This document shows, one piece after another, positions 18,621 to 29,357 of a stretch of DNA of 55,222 nucleotides. The stretch comes from Acidimicrobiia bacterium. Its GTDB lineage: Bacteria; Actinomycetota; Acidimicrobiia; Acidimicrobiales; MedAcidi-G1. Numbering within the stretch: the first letter of the stretch is position 1; each line of letters begins with the position of its first letter. The notes beneath the pieces are model-generated. The model made no database searches, was not told where the DNA came from, and was given only the letters and a program-made list of their open reading frames with translations. Location: contig DQOF01000046.1 in assembly GCA_015658775.1 (NCBI GenBank), positions 1 through 55,222 on the forward strand. Direction: 5' to 3'. The translations under genes were made by a program, and so were the position numbers.

Positions 18621-21144
18621 GATTCTCCGGTGACCTGCCCCCGACCACCGTCAGGTCGGGGTTGGAACGTCCACCGCCGCCGATCGTCTTCGCCGCCTCG
18701 GCGACCAGTTCTCCGGCGTCCAGCCCGCTGTCGGGTGAGACCGCTGCGACGAGGGCTGCTCCACCGCCGTCGGGCGCTGCGCCGAGCACCACGGCTCGGA
18801 TGGTGTCGCGGTCCCTGATCGTCAGTGCCAGGTCCCGCAGCCCGTCACGGTCGATGCCCTCGACGAGTGCCACGACGAGGCCTTCCTCTGCTGCGGCCAC
18901 CAGGTCGTCGGCCTGCCCCAGCGCCACCTGACGACGGGCGGCCACGAGGTCCGAACGCAGCGCCTTCGACTCGGCGAGCCGCTTCTGTATGCCTTCCAGG
19001 ACATCGTCGACCGGCACCCCGACGAGCTCCGCCGCCGCCGCGAGCGCGGCCTCCGCCTCCCGCAGGCGCTCGATCGGCGCGACTCCGGTGACCGCCTCGA
19101 GGCGACGGATGTTGGAACCGATGGACCCCTCGGCCACGATCTTGAGCGGCCCGATGTCGCCCAGTGCCGAAACGTGGGTGCCGCCACAGAGCTCCACGGA
19201 CCTGGGGCCGGCCTCGAGCACCATGACCTTCTCGCCGTACTTGTCGCCGAAGAAGGCAATGGCGCCCAGTGCCTCGGCCTCCTCCCTGGTGGTCTCGAAG
19301 TGCCTACACGCCGGGTTGGCCAGGATCTCGGCGTTGGCGAGGTCCTCCACGGCCGCCGTCTGTTCGGCGGTCATGGCCTCGAAGTGGCTGAAGTCGAATC
19401 GCAGCCTGTCGGGTCCCACCCAGGAGCCCTGCTGCTTGACGTGCTCGCCGAGCACCTGGCGCAGCGCCCAGTGCAGGATGTGGGTTCCGGTGTGGTTCCG
19501 CATTATCGACGAACGCCGGTCTCCGTCGATGACGGCCCGCACCTGCTGTCCGACCTCGATCGTGCCGTCGACCACCTCGATCCGGTGGCAGTGGAGGCCG
19601 TCCAGGGCGAGGGTGGTGTCGACCACCCTGACCCGTCCCGTGTCCGAGGTGATGCTGCCGGTGTCACCGACCTGCCCACCCGACTCGGCGTAGAACGGGG
19701 TGCGGTCGAGCACGACCATCTCGTCGTCCACGAACAGCACCTCGGCCTCGGCCTCGTCGTGCTCGCGACCCACGAAACCGGTGCGGCCGTGGGCCTCCAA
19801 CACTGCGCTCAGGTCGCCGGCCGATGCGGACGCGGCGCCCCTGCGGGCCGACCGTGCCCTGTCCTGCTGTTCGGCCATCGCTGTCCGGAACCCGTCCAGG
19901 TCGACCGAGACGCCCCTCTCGGCGGTGATCTCCTCGGTCAGCTCCAGGGGGAAACCGTAGGTGTCGTGCAGCTTGAACGCCACGTCGCCGTCCAGGACTG
20001 CCCCCTCGTCGAGGCGACCCAGGGACTCATCCAGAATCGCCAGGCCGGTGCGCAGGGTCTCCCTGAACCGACGCTCCTCCCTGTCGAGCACGTCGCGCAC
20101 GAAGTCGTGGTTGCGGATCAGCTCGGGGTAGTCGTCGCCCATGATCGATACCACCGAGTCGACCAGGTCGGACATTATCTGGTCCTCGACACCCAGCAGC
20201 CAGGCATGCCGCACGGCTCTCCGGATGATCCGCCGAAGCACGTAGCCGCGGTCCTCGTTGCTCGGGAACACCCCGTCGCTGATGAGGAACGTCGACGACC
20301 TGGCATGGTCGGCCAGGATCCTCTGGGACACGTCGGTGCGGTCGTCGGACCCGGGCTCCACTCCGGTGAGCTCGCCGATCCTGGCGAGCAGGCGTACGAA
20401 CTCATCTGTCTCCCAGACCGATTCGACACCGTCCAGCACTGAGAGGATCCGCTCCAGCCCGGCGCCGGTGTCGATCGACGGCGCCGGCAGCGGGGTCATC
20501 GAGCCGTCTTCCTGCTGGTCGAACTGCATGAACACGAGGTTCCAGATCTCGATGAAGCGCTCCTCGTCGCCGTGGGCCGGACCGCCACCGTCGCCGAACT
20601 CCGGGCCCTTGTCCCAGAAGATCTCGGAGCAGGGCCCGCACGGCCCCGTGTCGGCCATCCGCCAGTAGTTGTCCTTGTCGAGCCGCTGGATGCGTTCGGC
20701 CGGCACGCCGACCTCGTCGCGCCAGATGGCCTCGGCTTCGTCGTCGCTCGTGTGCACCGTCACCCAGAGGCGTTCGGGATCGAGTCCCAGCGTTCCGGTC
20801 ACGAACTCCCAGGCGTATGCGCAGGCCTCGGACTTGAAGTAGTCGCCGAAACTGAAGTTGCCCATCATCTCGAAGAAGGTGAGGTGCCGGCTGGTGCGGC
20901 CGACCTCGTCCAGGTCGTTGTGCTTGCCGCCCGCCCTCACACACTTCTGGACGGTGACGGCCCGCTGCCAGGGCGCCGGCTGCTCGCCCACGAAGTAGGG
21001 CTTGAACGGGACCATGCCGGCCACCGTGAACAGCAGCGTCGGATCGTGTGGGATCAGGCTGCCCGAGGGCTCCAGGTGGTGGCCCCTCTCGACGAAGAAG
21101 TCGACGAACGCACGTCGGAGGCCGTTGGCCGTGTGGGATGCCAT
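18574..21144 (-). CDS. alaS: Alanine--tRNA ligase
   Basis: 856 aa: FFVERGH...PS.SLIP.DPTLLFT.AGM..FKPYF, ...QKC.RAGGKHNDL..VG.T.RH.TFFEM.GNFSFGDYFK, and the editing-domain HTGTH...H motifs. Confidence 0.98.
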   Translation of the reverse strand: MASHTANGLRRAFVDFFVERGHHLEPSGSLIPHDPTLLFTVAGMVPFKPYFVGEQPAPWQRAVTVQKCVRAGGKHNDLDEVGRTSRHLTFFEMMGNFSFGDYFKSEACAYAWEFVTGTLGLDPERLWVTVHTSDDEAEAIWRDEVGVPAERIQRLDKDNYWRMADTGPCGPCSEIFWDKGPEFGDGGGPAHGDEERFIEIWNLVFMQFDQQEDGSMTPLPAPSIDTGAGLERILSVLDGVESVWETDEFVRLLARIGELTGVEPGSDDRTDVSQRILADHARSSTFLISDGVFPSNEDRGYVLRRIIRRAVRHAWLLGVEDQIMSDLVDSVVSIMGDDYPELIRNHDFVRDVLDREERRFRETLRTGLAILDESLGRLDEGAVLDGDVAFKLHDTYGFPLELTEEITAERGVSVDLDGFRTAMAEQQDRARSARRGAASASAGDLSAVLEAHGRTGFVGREHDEAEAEVLFVDDEMVVLDRTPFYAESGGQVGDTGSITSDTGRVRVVDTTLALDGLHCHRIEVVDGTIEVGQQVRAVIDGDRRSSIMRNHTGTHILHWALRQVLGEHVKQQGSWVGPDRLRFDFSHFEAMTAEQTAAVEDLANAEILANPACRHFETTREEAEALGAIAFFGDKYGEKVMVLEAGPRSVELCGGTHVSALGDIGPLKIVAEGSIGSNIRRLEAVTGVAPIERLREAEAALAAAAELVGVPVDDVLEGIQKRLAESKALRSDLVAARRQVALGQADDLVAAAEEGLVVALVEGIDRDGLRDLALTIRDRDTIRAVVLGAAPDGGGAALVAAVSPDSGLDAGELVAEAAKTIGGGGRSNPDLTVVGGRSPENLAEALEQARAAALAG

Positions 21145-21208
21145 GGTCGGGCCACTCTACCGGGACGGCCTGCGACGCTCTTGGCAGTCGGGTGGCGGTC
21201 GGGTGTCG

Positions 21209-21484
21209 TCAGGTGACGGGGCGGACAGGGCGGTGCCGCCGCCGGGAGTCGTGGTCTGCGTGCAGGTTGTCGTGTTCGTGACCGGTCCCGTCGCGGATCT
21301 GCCTGACGCGGCGCAGCAGGTCGGCGCCCTGGTCGGCGACTGCCGACGAGCGCTCTGCCAGTTCACGCCGCAGGTGCTCCGGGGTGTAGCGCTCGACGGT
21401 CCGGCGCAGCCGCCGCCGCGTCCACACCGAGGTCGACATGCCGAGCGCCCAGCCCACGACCAGCCAGAAGAAGCGGCGGCGCAT
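21209..21484 (-). CDS. Small membrane-anchored protein of unknown function (91 aa)
   Basis: ATG at 21484 forms a TGATG junction with the rarA stop. It reads [21 protein letters not shown] (one TM helix) followed by a charged, His-rich tail. I recognise no family. Confidence 0.5.
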   Translation of the reverse strand: MRRRFFWLVVGWALGMSTSVWTRRRLRRTVERYTPEHLRRELAERSSAVADQGADLLRRVRQIRDGTGHEHDNLHADHDSRRRHRPVRPVT

Positions 21485-22797
21485 CAGGTCACGCCCTCGG
21501 TGGGATCCGTGTCGGTTCTCGTCGCCATACGCCGCGCCACCTCGTGCTCGAAGCCGTGTGGCGACGGATCGTAGTAGACGTTCCCGGCGACCTCGTCGGG
21601 CCTGTACTCCTGGCTGACCCATCCGTCCGGATCGTCGTGCGGGTACTCGTAGCCGTCTCCGTGGCCCAGGTCGGCTGCTCCCCGGTAGTGGGCGTCACGC
21701 AGGTGCATGGGCACCAGGCCGGTGCCCGGCGCACGCGCGTCGGCGGCGGCCCTGCCCAGCCCCACGGTCACACGGTTCGACTTGGGCGCCGTAGCGAGGT
21801 GCACGACGGCCTGGGCCAGGTTCAGCCGCGCCTCGGGCAGGCCCACGAACTCGACGGCCCGGGCTGCTCCGTCGGCGACGAGGAGCGCCATGGGGTCGGC
21901 CATGCCGATGTCCTCGCTGGCGAGGATGACGAGGCGCCGTGCGATGAACCTGGCGTCCTCACCGGCGTCCAGCATGCGGGCGAGCCAGTAGAGGCCTGCG
22001 TCGGGATCGGACCCCCTGATGCTCTTGATGAATGCGCTGATCACGTCGTAGTGCTCGTCGCGCCCGTAGAGGATGGCCTTGGTGCCGAGCGCCGCCTCGG
22101 CGTCGTCGATGCCTACACGGTCCGATCCCCTGCCGACCGTGAGGGCCACCGCCACCTCCAGGCTGGTCAGGGCGTGCCGACCGTCGCCGGCGGCACGGTC
22201 CACGAGCAGCCCGATCGCCTCGTCGTCGGCGGTGACACCCTCGGCTGCGAGCCCCCGGTGCAACAGGGTGGTGACCGCATCCTCGTCCAGGGGTTCCAGC
22301 CGGAACAGGGTCGACCGGGAGAGAAGGGGTGGGTTCACCTCGAAGTAGGGGTTCTCGGTGGTGGCCCCGATGAGGACGAGGAGGCCGGACTCGACTGACG
22401 GCAGGAGGGCATCCTGTTGGGCCTTGTTGAACCGGTGGACCTCGTCGAGGAACAGGATGGTGCCAACGTCACGCTCACCTAGTGCGGTCTCGGCCCGGGC
22501 GACCAGGGCCCGCACGTCCTTGACGCTGGCGTTGACCGCGGACATCTCGGTGAACTCCTGGGCGGTCAGGCGGGCGATCAGCCGCGCCAGGCTGGTCTTG
22601 CCGGTTCCGGGAGGCCCCCAGAGGATCACCGAGGACAGCCTGTCGGCCTCGATCAGCCTGCGCAGGGGCCTGCCGGGCCCGACCAGGTGTTCCTGACCGA
22701 CCACGTCGTCGAGGCAGGTCGGGCGGAGCCGGTCTGCCAGGGGCGCCCGCCGTGCCAGGCGCTCCTCGGCTGCGCTGGCGAAGAGGTCTCCGGTCAC
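21484..22797 (-). CDS. rarA: Replication-associated recombination protein A (MgsA/RarA AAA+ ATPase)
   Basis: Contains [22 protein letters not shown]......[19 protein letters not shown]...[21 protein letters not shown]...[13 protein letters not shown] and the C-terminal MgsA_C pattern [31 protein letters not shown]. Confidence 0.95.
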   Translation of the reverse strand: MTGDLFASAAEERLARRAPLADRLRPTCLDDVVGQEHLVGPGRPLRRLIEADRLSSVILWGPPGTGKTSLARLIARLTAQEFTEMSAVNASVKDVRALVARAETALGERDVGTILFLDEVHRFNKAQQDALLPSVESGLLVLIGATTENPYFEVNPPLLSRSTLFRLEPLDEDAVTTLLHRGLAAEGVTADDEAIGLLVDRAAGDGRHALTSLEVAVALTVGRGSDRVGIDDAEAALGTKAILYGRDEHYDVISAFIKSIRGSDPDAGLYWLARMLDAGEDARFIARRLVILASEDIGMADPMALLVADGAARAVEFVGLPEARLNLAQAVVHLATAPKSNRVTVGLGRAAADARAPGTGLVPMHLRDAHYRGAADLGHGDGYEYPHDDPDGWVSQEYRPDEVAGNVYYDPSPHGFEHEVARRMATRTDTDPTEGVT

Positions 22798-22854
22798 CCC
22801 GCCGAACCTAGCGGCCTGCCGCCGGATAGATCAGCCGGGCGGAGCCCGGGGTCG

Positions 22855-24573
22855 TCACTGCCTCGGCGGCAGGACCCTCAGGCCCAACTCCTTGAGGTGT
22901 TGATCGTCGATCGGTGTCGGGGAGCCGGTGAGGGGGTCGGCACCGGACTGGGTCTTCGGGTAGGCGATCACCTCGCGGATGTTCTCCTCACCGGCGAGCA
23001 CCGCCACAAGTCGGTCCATTCCGAAGGCGAAGCCGGCGTGGGGCGGGGCGCCGTAGCGGAAGGCGTCCAGCAGGAAGCCGAACTTGGCCTGGGCCTCGTC
23101 GGGACCTATTCCGAGGATGGCGAAGATCCGTTCCTGGACCTGGCGGCGGTGGATCCGCACGCTGCCCGAGCCCAGCTCCCAGCCGTTCAGAACCAGGTCG
23201 TACGCCTGTGACCGGATGGCGAGGAGGTCGCCGCCGTCGAGGAGGTCGATGTCGTCCTCGTGCGGCATCGTGAACGGGTGGTGGGCGGGAATCGGGTTTC
23301 CGGCATCGTCGATCCCCTCGAACAGGGGGAAGTCGACGACCCACAGGAAGTGCAGGCCGCCCTCCGTGACCGGGGGTCGACCCAGGTCGTTGCGCACCAG
23401 GCCGAGGATGTGGCAGGCCTTGCGCCACTCGTCGGCCACGAGGAGAAGCAGGTCGCCGACCTCGGCTTCCATGGTCGACCGGAGCGTCGCCTGCTCCTCG
23501 TCGGACAGGAACTTGGCGACCGGCGAGTTGAGCCCGCCGGCCTCGACCTTCATCCAGACCAGGCCCTTGGCGCCCCAGGCCTTGCACCGGTCGGTCAGGT
23601 CGTCCAACCGGTTCCGCGACATGTCGGCACCGCCCGGAACCCGGATGCCCTTCACACACGGTGTCTGGAAGGCCCTGAAGTCGGTCTCCGGGAACACATG
23701 GGTCAGGTCGACCAGTTCCATTCCGAACCGGATGTCGGGCTTGTCCGAGCCGAACCGCTCCATTGCCTCGTGCCACGACATCTGGGGGAACTCGCCGGGT
23801 CGCTCGCCGGTGATCGCCTCCGCGGCCGCCGAGACGGCGTGGGTGATGAACCCCAGCACGTCGTCCTGGCCGACGAAGCTGGCCTCGGCGTCGAGCTGCA
23901 TGAACTCGAACTGCCGGTCGGCCCTGAGGTCCTCGTCGCGGAGGCATCTGGCGATCTGGTAGTAGCGGTCGACGCCGCCGACCATGCAGAGTTGCTTGAA
24001 GATCTGCGGGCTCTGGGGTAGCGCATAGAACGACCCCGGCTCCTTGCGCGACGGCACGACGAAGTCACGTGCCCCCTCGGGGGTGCTCGCCACCAGCATC
24101 GGCGTCTCGACCTCGATGAAGCCCTGCTCCTCCATGGCACCCCGTACGGCGCTGTTGACCCGGGCCCGGATCTCCAGGTTGCGTTGCAGGCGTGGCCGGC
24201 GGAGGTCGACGTAGCGGTGGCGGAGGCGCAGGACCTCGTCGACCTCGGTGCGCTCGTCGATCGGGAAGGGCGGGGGCTCTGCCACGGCCAGGATCGTGAC
24301 CTCGCTAGCGTCGATCTCGACGGCCCCGGTCGCCAGGCCCTCGTTGGCCGTGTCGGCCGGGCGCTCCCGGACCGTGCCCGTCACCTGCAGCACGTACTCG
24401 GAACGCAGGTCGTGTGCACCGTCGACCACCAGTTGCACGACACCGCTGCGGTCGCGCAGGTCTATGAAAGCCAGGTGCTCGCCGTGTTCCCGGCGACGGT
24501 CGACCCAGCCGCAGAGGGTCACCTGCCGTCCGACGTCGCCGGGGCGCAGGTCGCCACAACGGTCGGTGCGCAT
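22855..24573 (-). CDS. aspS: Aspartate--tRNA ligase
   Basis: From ATG 24573: MRTDRCGDLRPGDVGRQVTLCGWVDRRREHGEHLAFIDLRDRSG, which aligns with the classical AspRS N-terminus (MRTEYCGQLR... in E. coli, from memory). Class II motifs include FYALPQSPQ.FKQ and GG.RIH. GTG at 24609 (GTGA with the hisS stop) is an alternative start. Confidence 0.96.
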   Translation of the reverse strand: MRTDRCGDLRPGDVGRQVTLCGWVDRRREHGEHLAFIDLRDRSGVVQLVVDGAHDLRSEYVLQVTGTVRERPADTANEGLATGAVEIDASEVTILAVAEPPPFPIDERTEVDEVLRLRHRYVDLRRPRLQRNLEIRARVNSAVRGAMEEQGFIEVETPMLVASTPEGARDFVVPSRKEPGSFYALPQSPQIFKQLCMVGGVDRYYQIARCLRDEDLRADRQFEFMQLDAEASFVGQDDVLGFITHAVSAAAEAITGERPGEFPQMSWHEAMERFGSDKPDIRFGMELVDLTHVFPETDFRAFQTPCVKGIRVPGGADMSRNRLDDLTDRCKAWGAKGLVWMKVEAGGLNSPVAKFLSDEEQATLRSTMEAEVGDLLLLVADEWRKACHILGLVRNDLGRPPVTEGGLHFLWVVDFPLFEGIDDAGNPIPAHHPFTMPHEDDIDLLDGGDLLAIRSQAYDLVLNGWELGSGSVRIHRRQVQERIFAILGIGPDEAQAKFGFLLDAFRYGAPPHAGFAFGMDRLVAVLAGEENIREVIAYPKTQSGADPLTGSPTPIDDQHLKELGLRVLPPRQ

Positions 24574-24605
24574 GGCGGTCGCGTAGTCGGGAGCAGGCGT
24601 GCCGG

Positions 24606-25874
24606 TCACTGGAGCCTCGCTAGCAGGGTGTCGATCACTGAAGAACGGTGGATGGTCTCCTGGCCGGCGTCGCCCCTCATGTCGCGCAGGGCGACCATGC
24701 CCGATTCCAACTCGGCTTCGCCGACGATGACGGCCAGGGCCGCTCCGCTGCGGTCGGCAGCGCGCATCTGGGCCTTCATCGAGCGTGCGTCCCATGCCCG
24801 ATCGGCCCGGAGCCCGGCCCGGCGGAGTTCGTCGGTCAACGACAGCGCCTGGTCTCCGCCGGTGGTGTCCACGACGAACACGTCGACCGTTGTCGTGGGC
24901 GCATCGAAGACGCCTTCGGCGTCACACGCCATGAGCGTGCGGTCGACGCCCAGTGCGAAGCCCACGCCGGGTGTCGCAGGTGCGCCCATCTCCTCGGCCA
25001 GCCCGTCGTAGCGGCCACCCCCGCCGATGGCGTTCTGGGCGGCGTCGAAGGCCTCGGCCACGAACTCGAAGGTGGTGCGCACGTAGTAGTCCAGCCCTCG
25101 GACCAGGCGCGGAGCGATCATGTACGGGATGCCGAGGCTGTCGAGCGCCGCCTGCACCCTTTCGAAGTGGGCTGCCGCGTCGTCGGAGAGGTGGTCGAGC
25201 ATGCTCGGGGCCGCCGCCACCAGGTCTGCGTCCTCGGGCCGCCTGGAGTCGAGAACGCGGAGGGGGTTCACGGCCAGCGTCGTGCGGGAGTCAGCGCTGA
25301 GGGCGTCGAGGTCGGACGAGAAGTGGCCGCGCAGGGCCTCGACGTAGCGGGCACGGTCGAGGGGCCCGCCCAGCGAGTTGAGCATCAGGGTCACCCGGCG
25401 CAGGCCGAGTCGCTCGTAGAAGAGCCAGGCCAGGGCGATCACCTCGGCGTCCAGGTGGGCGTCCTCGGGCCCAAGCGCCTCGACCCCGACCTGGTCGAAC
25501 TGCCGGAACCGCCCCTTCTGGGCCCGCTCGTAGCGGAAGTTGGGCCCCTCGTACCAGGCCTTCCACGGCACGGTCGGGCGATGCTCGCTGAACGCCCGCA
25601 CGATCGAGGCGGTCTGCTCGGGGCGCAGGGCGATGTGGCGGCCGCCCTTGTCGAGGAAGTCGTACATCTCCTTGCGCACCACGTCGGTGGCGTCGCCCAG
25701 ACGGTGGAACACCTCGACGTGCTCGAACATCGGGGGGACGACCTCGGTGTAGCCGGCACCCTCGACGATGTCCGCGAACACCGCCGTGAGGGCGCGTCGA
25801 CGCGCCGACTCCGGCCAGAGAATGTCGTGCGTGCCCTTCGGCGCCCTGAATATGGGGTCTGCCACGAGGGGCAA
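24606..25874 (-). CDS. hisS: Histidine--tRNA ligase
   Basis: Contains FRAPKGTHDILWPE......ALRPE.TAS.VRAF......P.K.WY.GP.FRYERAQKGR.RQF.Q.GVE, and GGGRYDGL. TTG at 25874 or GTG at 25865. Confidence 0.95.
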   Translation of the reverse strand: MPLVADPIFRAPKGTHDILWPESARRRALTAVFADIVEGAGYTEVVPPMFEHVEVFHRLGDATDVVRKEMYDFLDKGGRHIALRPEQTASIVRAFSEHRPTVPWKAWYEGPNFRYERAQKGRFRQFDQVGVEALGPEDAHLDAEVIALAWLFYERLGLRRVTLMLNSLGGPLDRARYVEALRGHFSSDLDALSADSRTTLAVNPLRVLDSRRPEDADLVAAAPSMLDHLSDDAAAHFERVQAALDSLGIPYMIAPRLVRGLDYYVRTTFEFVAEAFDAAQNAIGGGGRYDGLAEEMGAPATPGVGFALGVDRTLMACDAEGVFDAPTTTVDVFVVDTTGGDQALSLTDELRRAGLRADRAWDARSMKAQMRAADRSGAALAVIVGEAELESGMVALRDMRGDAGQETIHRSSVIDTLLARLQ

Positions 25875-25922
25875 GGCTATCGCTGCCCGGGAGGCCTGAC
25901 GGTGCTTCTGAGGTGCCGCGAC

Positions 25923-28178
25923 TCACCCGCCGCGACCGGGCACGACCCGGTGGACGACGTACACCGAGTCGATTTCCCGGATGATGTGCAGCAGCGGCTC
26001 CAGGTGCGAGGGATCGCCCATCTCGAAGTCGAACCTCATCTTGGCCACCCGGTCGGACCCGCTGGTCACGGTCGACGTGCCGACCACGTTCACGTGGTGG
26101 TCGGCCAGCACGTTGACGATGTCACGAAGCAGCCGGGGTCGGTCCAGCGCCTTGACCTCGATCGACGCCAGGAAGTACCCGACCGTGGCCGCGTCCCAGT
26201 CGACGTCGATGAGCCGGTCGGGCTGGCCCGCTGAGAGCGACACGGCGTTGGCGCAGTCACTGCGATGGACCGACACGCCGCGGCCCCTTGTGACGAAGCC
26301 GATGATCTCGTCGGGCGGCACCGGGGTGCAGCACCGCGAGAGCCTGACCATCATGTCGCCGATGCCCTCCACGTGCACGCCCGCCGCTGCGCCGTCGCGT
26401 CGGTACCGGCGTGGACGCAGCACAGTGGTCGGCAGCTGCTCGTCGGCCTCCCCGTCGGCCTCGTGCATGTCCCGCTGCACCCTGCCGACGACGGACCGGG
26501 CTGAGACGTTGTGCCCACCTATGGCGGCGTAGAGGGCGTCGGCGTCGGTGTAGTTCATGGAGGCGGTTATGTCGGCCAGGATCATTCCCTCCAGGACCTC
26601 CTTTACCGGTAGGCCCGCGCGCCGCAACTCGTTGGTGAGCTCGTCGTAGCCGGTGTCTATGGCCTCGGAGCGCCGTTCCCTGGAATACCACTGGCGGATC
26701 TTGTTGGAAGCCTTGTGGGTGGCCACGAACTGCAGCCAGTCCCGGCTGGGTCCGGCGCCGACCTGCTTGGAGGTGACGATCTCGACGACCTCGCCGGAGC
26801 TCAACCGGGTTCCCAACGGCACCAGCCGGCCGTCGACCCGCGCACCCACGCAGGTATGGCCGACCTCGGTGTGGATGGCGTAGGCGAAGTCGACCGGGGT
26901 GGCGCCGATCGGCAGGATCTCCACCTCGCCCTGGGGGGTGAAGACGTACACCTCGTCCTGCTCCAGGTCGGTCTTCAGGTTTGCCATGAAGGTGCCGGGG
27001 TCTGAGGTCTCCTCCTGCCATTCCACTATCCGGCCCAGCCATGCCATCTCGTCGGACGGCGACCTGGCCTTGTAGTCCCAGTGGGCGGCGACCCCGTGCT
27101 CGGCCCTGTGGTGCATCTCGCGCGTGCGGATCTGGAACTCGACCTGCTTCCCGAGCGGCCCGATCACCGTTGTGTGGAGCGACTGGTAGAGGTTGAACTT
27201 GGGCATCGCCACGTAGTCCTTGAACCGGCCCTGTACCGGCTTCCACGTGGCGTGGATTGAGCCCAGGACCGCGTAGCAGTCACGCACGTTCTCCACCACT
27301 ACCCGCACCCCGCAGAGGTCGTAGATGTCGTCGAAGGACCGGCCCTTCACGATCATCTTCTCGTAGATGCTCCAGAGGTGCTTGGGGCGGCCGGTGATCT
27401 GGGCCTTTACCCGGAGGTCGCCCAGACGCGTCTCCATATCGCCGATGATCTGGGTCAGGTAGAGGTCGCGCTCGGGCGTCCGGTCCTGCACCATCTGGTC
27501 GATCTGGCTGTACCTCTTGGGGTGGAGGGTGGCGAGCGAGAGGTCCTCGAGTTGGTCCCTGACCTCCTGCATGCCGAGGCGGTTGGCCAGCGGCGCGTAG
27601 ATGTCGAGCGTCTCGCGTGCGATCCGCTGCTGCCTCGCCTCCGGCAGGGCTGCGAGGGTGCGCATGTTGTGCAGTCGGTCGGCCAACTTGATGATCAGCA
27701 CCCGGAGGTCCTTGGCCAGCGCCACCAGCATCTTGCGCATGCTGGCCGCCTGCTGCTCCTCCTTGGAGTCGAAGTGGAGCCTGTCCAACTTGGTCACGCC
27801 GTCGACGATCATGGCGACCTCGGACCCGAAGTCGCGTTCCAGGTCGACCAGGTCGACCTGGGTGTCCTCGACGGCGTCGTGCAGCAGGGCGGCGGCCACG
27901 GTGATGTCGTCCAGCCCCTGCCTAGCCACGATCGTGGCGACGGCCATCGGGTGGTGGATGTAGGGCTCTCCCGACTTGCGGGTCTGGCCTGAGTGGGCGG
28001 ACAGTGCCACCTCGTAGGCCCGCTCGATGAGCGACGTGTCGGCCTTGGGGTGCCGACTCCGGAAGGTGGTCAGCAGTTCGGAGGCCTCGTCGACCGTGCG
28101 GCCCGGGCGGCGGCGCCACGGCAGGACCCGGGTGACGGTGACCATGTCAGGCCCGACTCCCCGCATCCCGGGCGCCAC
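25923..28178 (-). CDS. relA: Bifunctional (p)ppGpp synthetase/hydrolase Rel
   Basis: HD domain (GEPYI.HPMAVA.I......AALLHDAVEDT), synthetase domain (RPKHLWSIYEKM....SFDDIYDLCGVRVVV......YQSLHTTV), and TGS plus ACT C-terminal regions. Start candidates are GTG 28178, ATG 28166 and ATG 28145. Confidence 0.96.
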   Translation of the reverse strand: MAPGMRGVGPDMVTVTRVLPWRRRPGRTVDEASELLTTFRSRHPKADTSLIERAYEVALSAHSGQTRKSGEPYIHHPMAVATIVARQGLDDITVAAALLHDAVEDTQVDLVDLERDFGSEVAMIVDGVTKLDRLHFDSKEEQQAASMRKMLVALAKDLRVLIIKLADRLHNMRTLAALPEARQQRIARETLDIYAPLANRLGMQEVRDQLEDLSLATLHPKRYSQIDQMVQDRTPERDLYLTQIIGDMETRLGDLRVKAQITGRPKHLWSIYEKMIVKGRSFDDIYDLCGVRVVVENVRDCYAVLGSIHATWKPVQGRFKDYVAMPKFNLYQSLHTTVIGPLGKQVEFQIRTREMHHRAEHGVAAHWDYKARSPSDEMAWLGRIVEWQEETSDPGTFMANLKTDLEQDEVYVFTPQGEVEILPIGATPVDFAYAIHTEVGHTCVGARVDGRLVPLGTRLSSGEVVEIVTSKQVGAGPSRDWLQFVATHKASNKIRQWYSRERRSEAIDTGYDELTNELRRAGLPVKEVLEGMILADITASMNYTDADALYAAIGGHNVSARSVVGRVQRDMHEADGEADEQLPTTVLRPRRYRRDGAAAGVHVEGIGDMMVRLSRCCTPVPPDEIIGFVTRGRGVSVHRSDCANAVSLSAGQPDRLIDVDWDAATVGYFLASIEVKALDRPRLLRDIVNVLADHHVNVVGTSTVTSGSDRVAKMRFDFEMGDPSHLEPLLHIIREIDSVYVVHRVVPGRGG

Positions 28179-28253
28179 GGGTGGCCACCTCGTGGACGCT
28201 CAGGTTCCAGGGGTAAGCCGCTTCGGCCATGCCACCACGGTACCTGCGGGCGT

Positions 28254-29357
28254 TCAGCGACGCTTCTTGCGTGGACGCGGCGGCACGGCGCCGCCCAGGT
28301 GGGTGGTCTGCACAGGTCTGCGACGGGCGACGCCCCGCGAGCCGTCGATCCGATCCGGAGACCTGGTGTCCGGCTGCGCGGCCTCTTCCCGTCCGATGAG
28401 GCGGGTCGGCCCCTCCGTGTGGCCCCGTGTCCTCAACTTCCCCGCGATCGCCTGCCACCGCTCCTCGCGTTCCTTGAGCAGCGTCACCAGGGACGAGGCC
28501 AGGAACAGCGACGAGTACGAACCCACGACTATGCCCAGAAGCAGGGCGACCCCGAACTCCTGGAGGGCGCCGGCCCCCATGATCACCGATCCGATCAGGA
28601 GCAGCGACACGACGGGAAGCGCGGAGGTGATGCTGGTGTTGATCGATCGCATGGTGACACGGTTCAGTGCCAGGTTCATGAGTTCGGTGTACGAGTAGCG
28701 CTCGGTCGCCCCCAGGCGGCCGGTCACGTCCCTCACCTTGTCGTAGACCACGATGGTGTCGTAGAGGGAGTAGCCCATGATCGTCAGGAAGGCGATGACG
28801 GTCGCCGGTGTGATCTCGAGTTGCAGCACCGAGTAGAATCCGACGCTCACGACTATGTCGTGTGCCACCGCGGCCAGCGCACCGACGGCCATCTTCCATT
28901 CCAGGCGCACGGTAATGTAGAGGGCCACAACGACGAAGAAGACCAGCAGGGCCCGGGCGGCCTTGTCGGTGACCTCGGAACCCCACGTCGGTCCCACCTG
29001 TTCGAAGGTCTCGACGGTCCCCAGGTCCGCGGCGAGTGCATCGCGGATCTCGCCTGCCCGGGCCGGATCGGCCACCTCGGAGCGGATGCGGAACAGATCG
29101 TCGCCGAGTGTCTGTATCCGGGCGTCAGCGGCGTCGAATGCGGCCATCACCGCCCGGGCGTCCGCCACCGAGGCTCCGGGCGCCCGAACCTCGTAGGAGG
29201 TCCCGCCCTCGAAGTCGATGCCCAGGTTCAGCCCGCGCACGCCGAACGAGGCGACGCTGACCAGCATGGCGACCAGTGAGATGGTCACGGCCCGCCGCCA
29301 CCAACGTGGGTAGTCGAGCGTGGTCTCGCCGTTGTAGAGCCTCCTGAAGGCGCTCAC
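28254..29357 (-). CDS. secF: Protein translocase subunit SecF
   Basis: GTG at 29357 (GTGA with the secD stop) reads VSAFRRLYNGETTLDYPRWWRRAVTISLVAMLVSVASFGVRGLNLGIDFEGGTSYEV..., then a SecD/SecF C-terminal membrane domain. The listed 724-aa ORF is an out-of-context extension through secD. Confidence 0.93.
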   Translation of the reverse strand: MSAFRRLYNGETTLDYPRWWRRAVTISLVAMLVSVASFGVRGLNLGIDFEGGTSYEVRAPGASVADARAVMAAFDAADARIQTLGDDLFRIRSEVADPARAGEIRDALAADLGTVETFEQVGPTWGSEVTDKAARALLVFFVVVALYITVRLEWKMAVGALAAVAHDIVVSVGFYSVLQLEITPATVIAFLTIMGYSLYDTIVVYDKVRDVTGRLGATERYSYTELMNLALNRVTMRSINTSITSALPVVSLLLIGSVIMGAGALQEFGVALLLGIVVGSYSSLFLASSLVTLLKEREERWQAIAGKLRTRGHTEGPTRLIGREEAAQPDTRSPDRIDGSRGVARRRPVQTTHLGGAVPPRPRKKRR

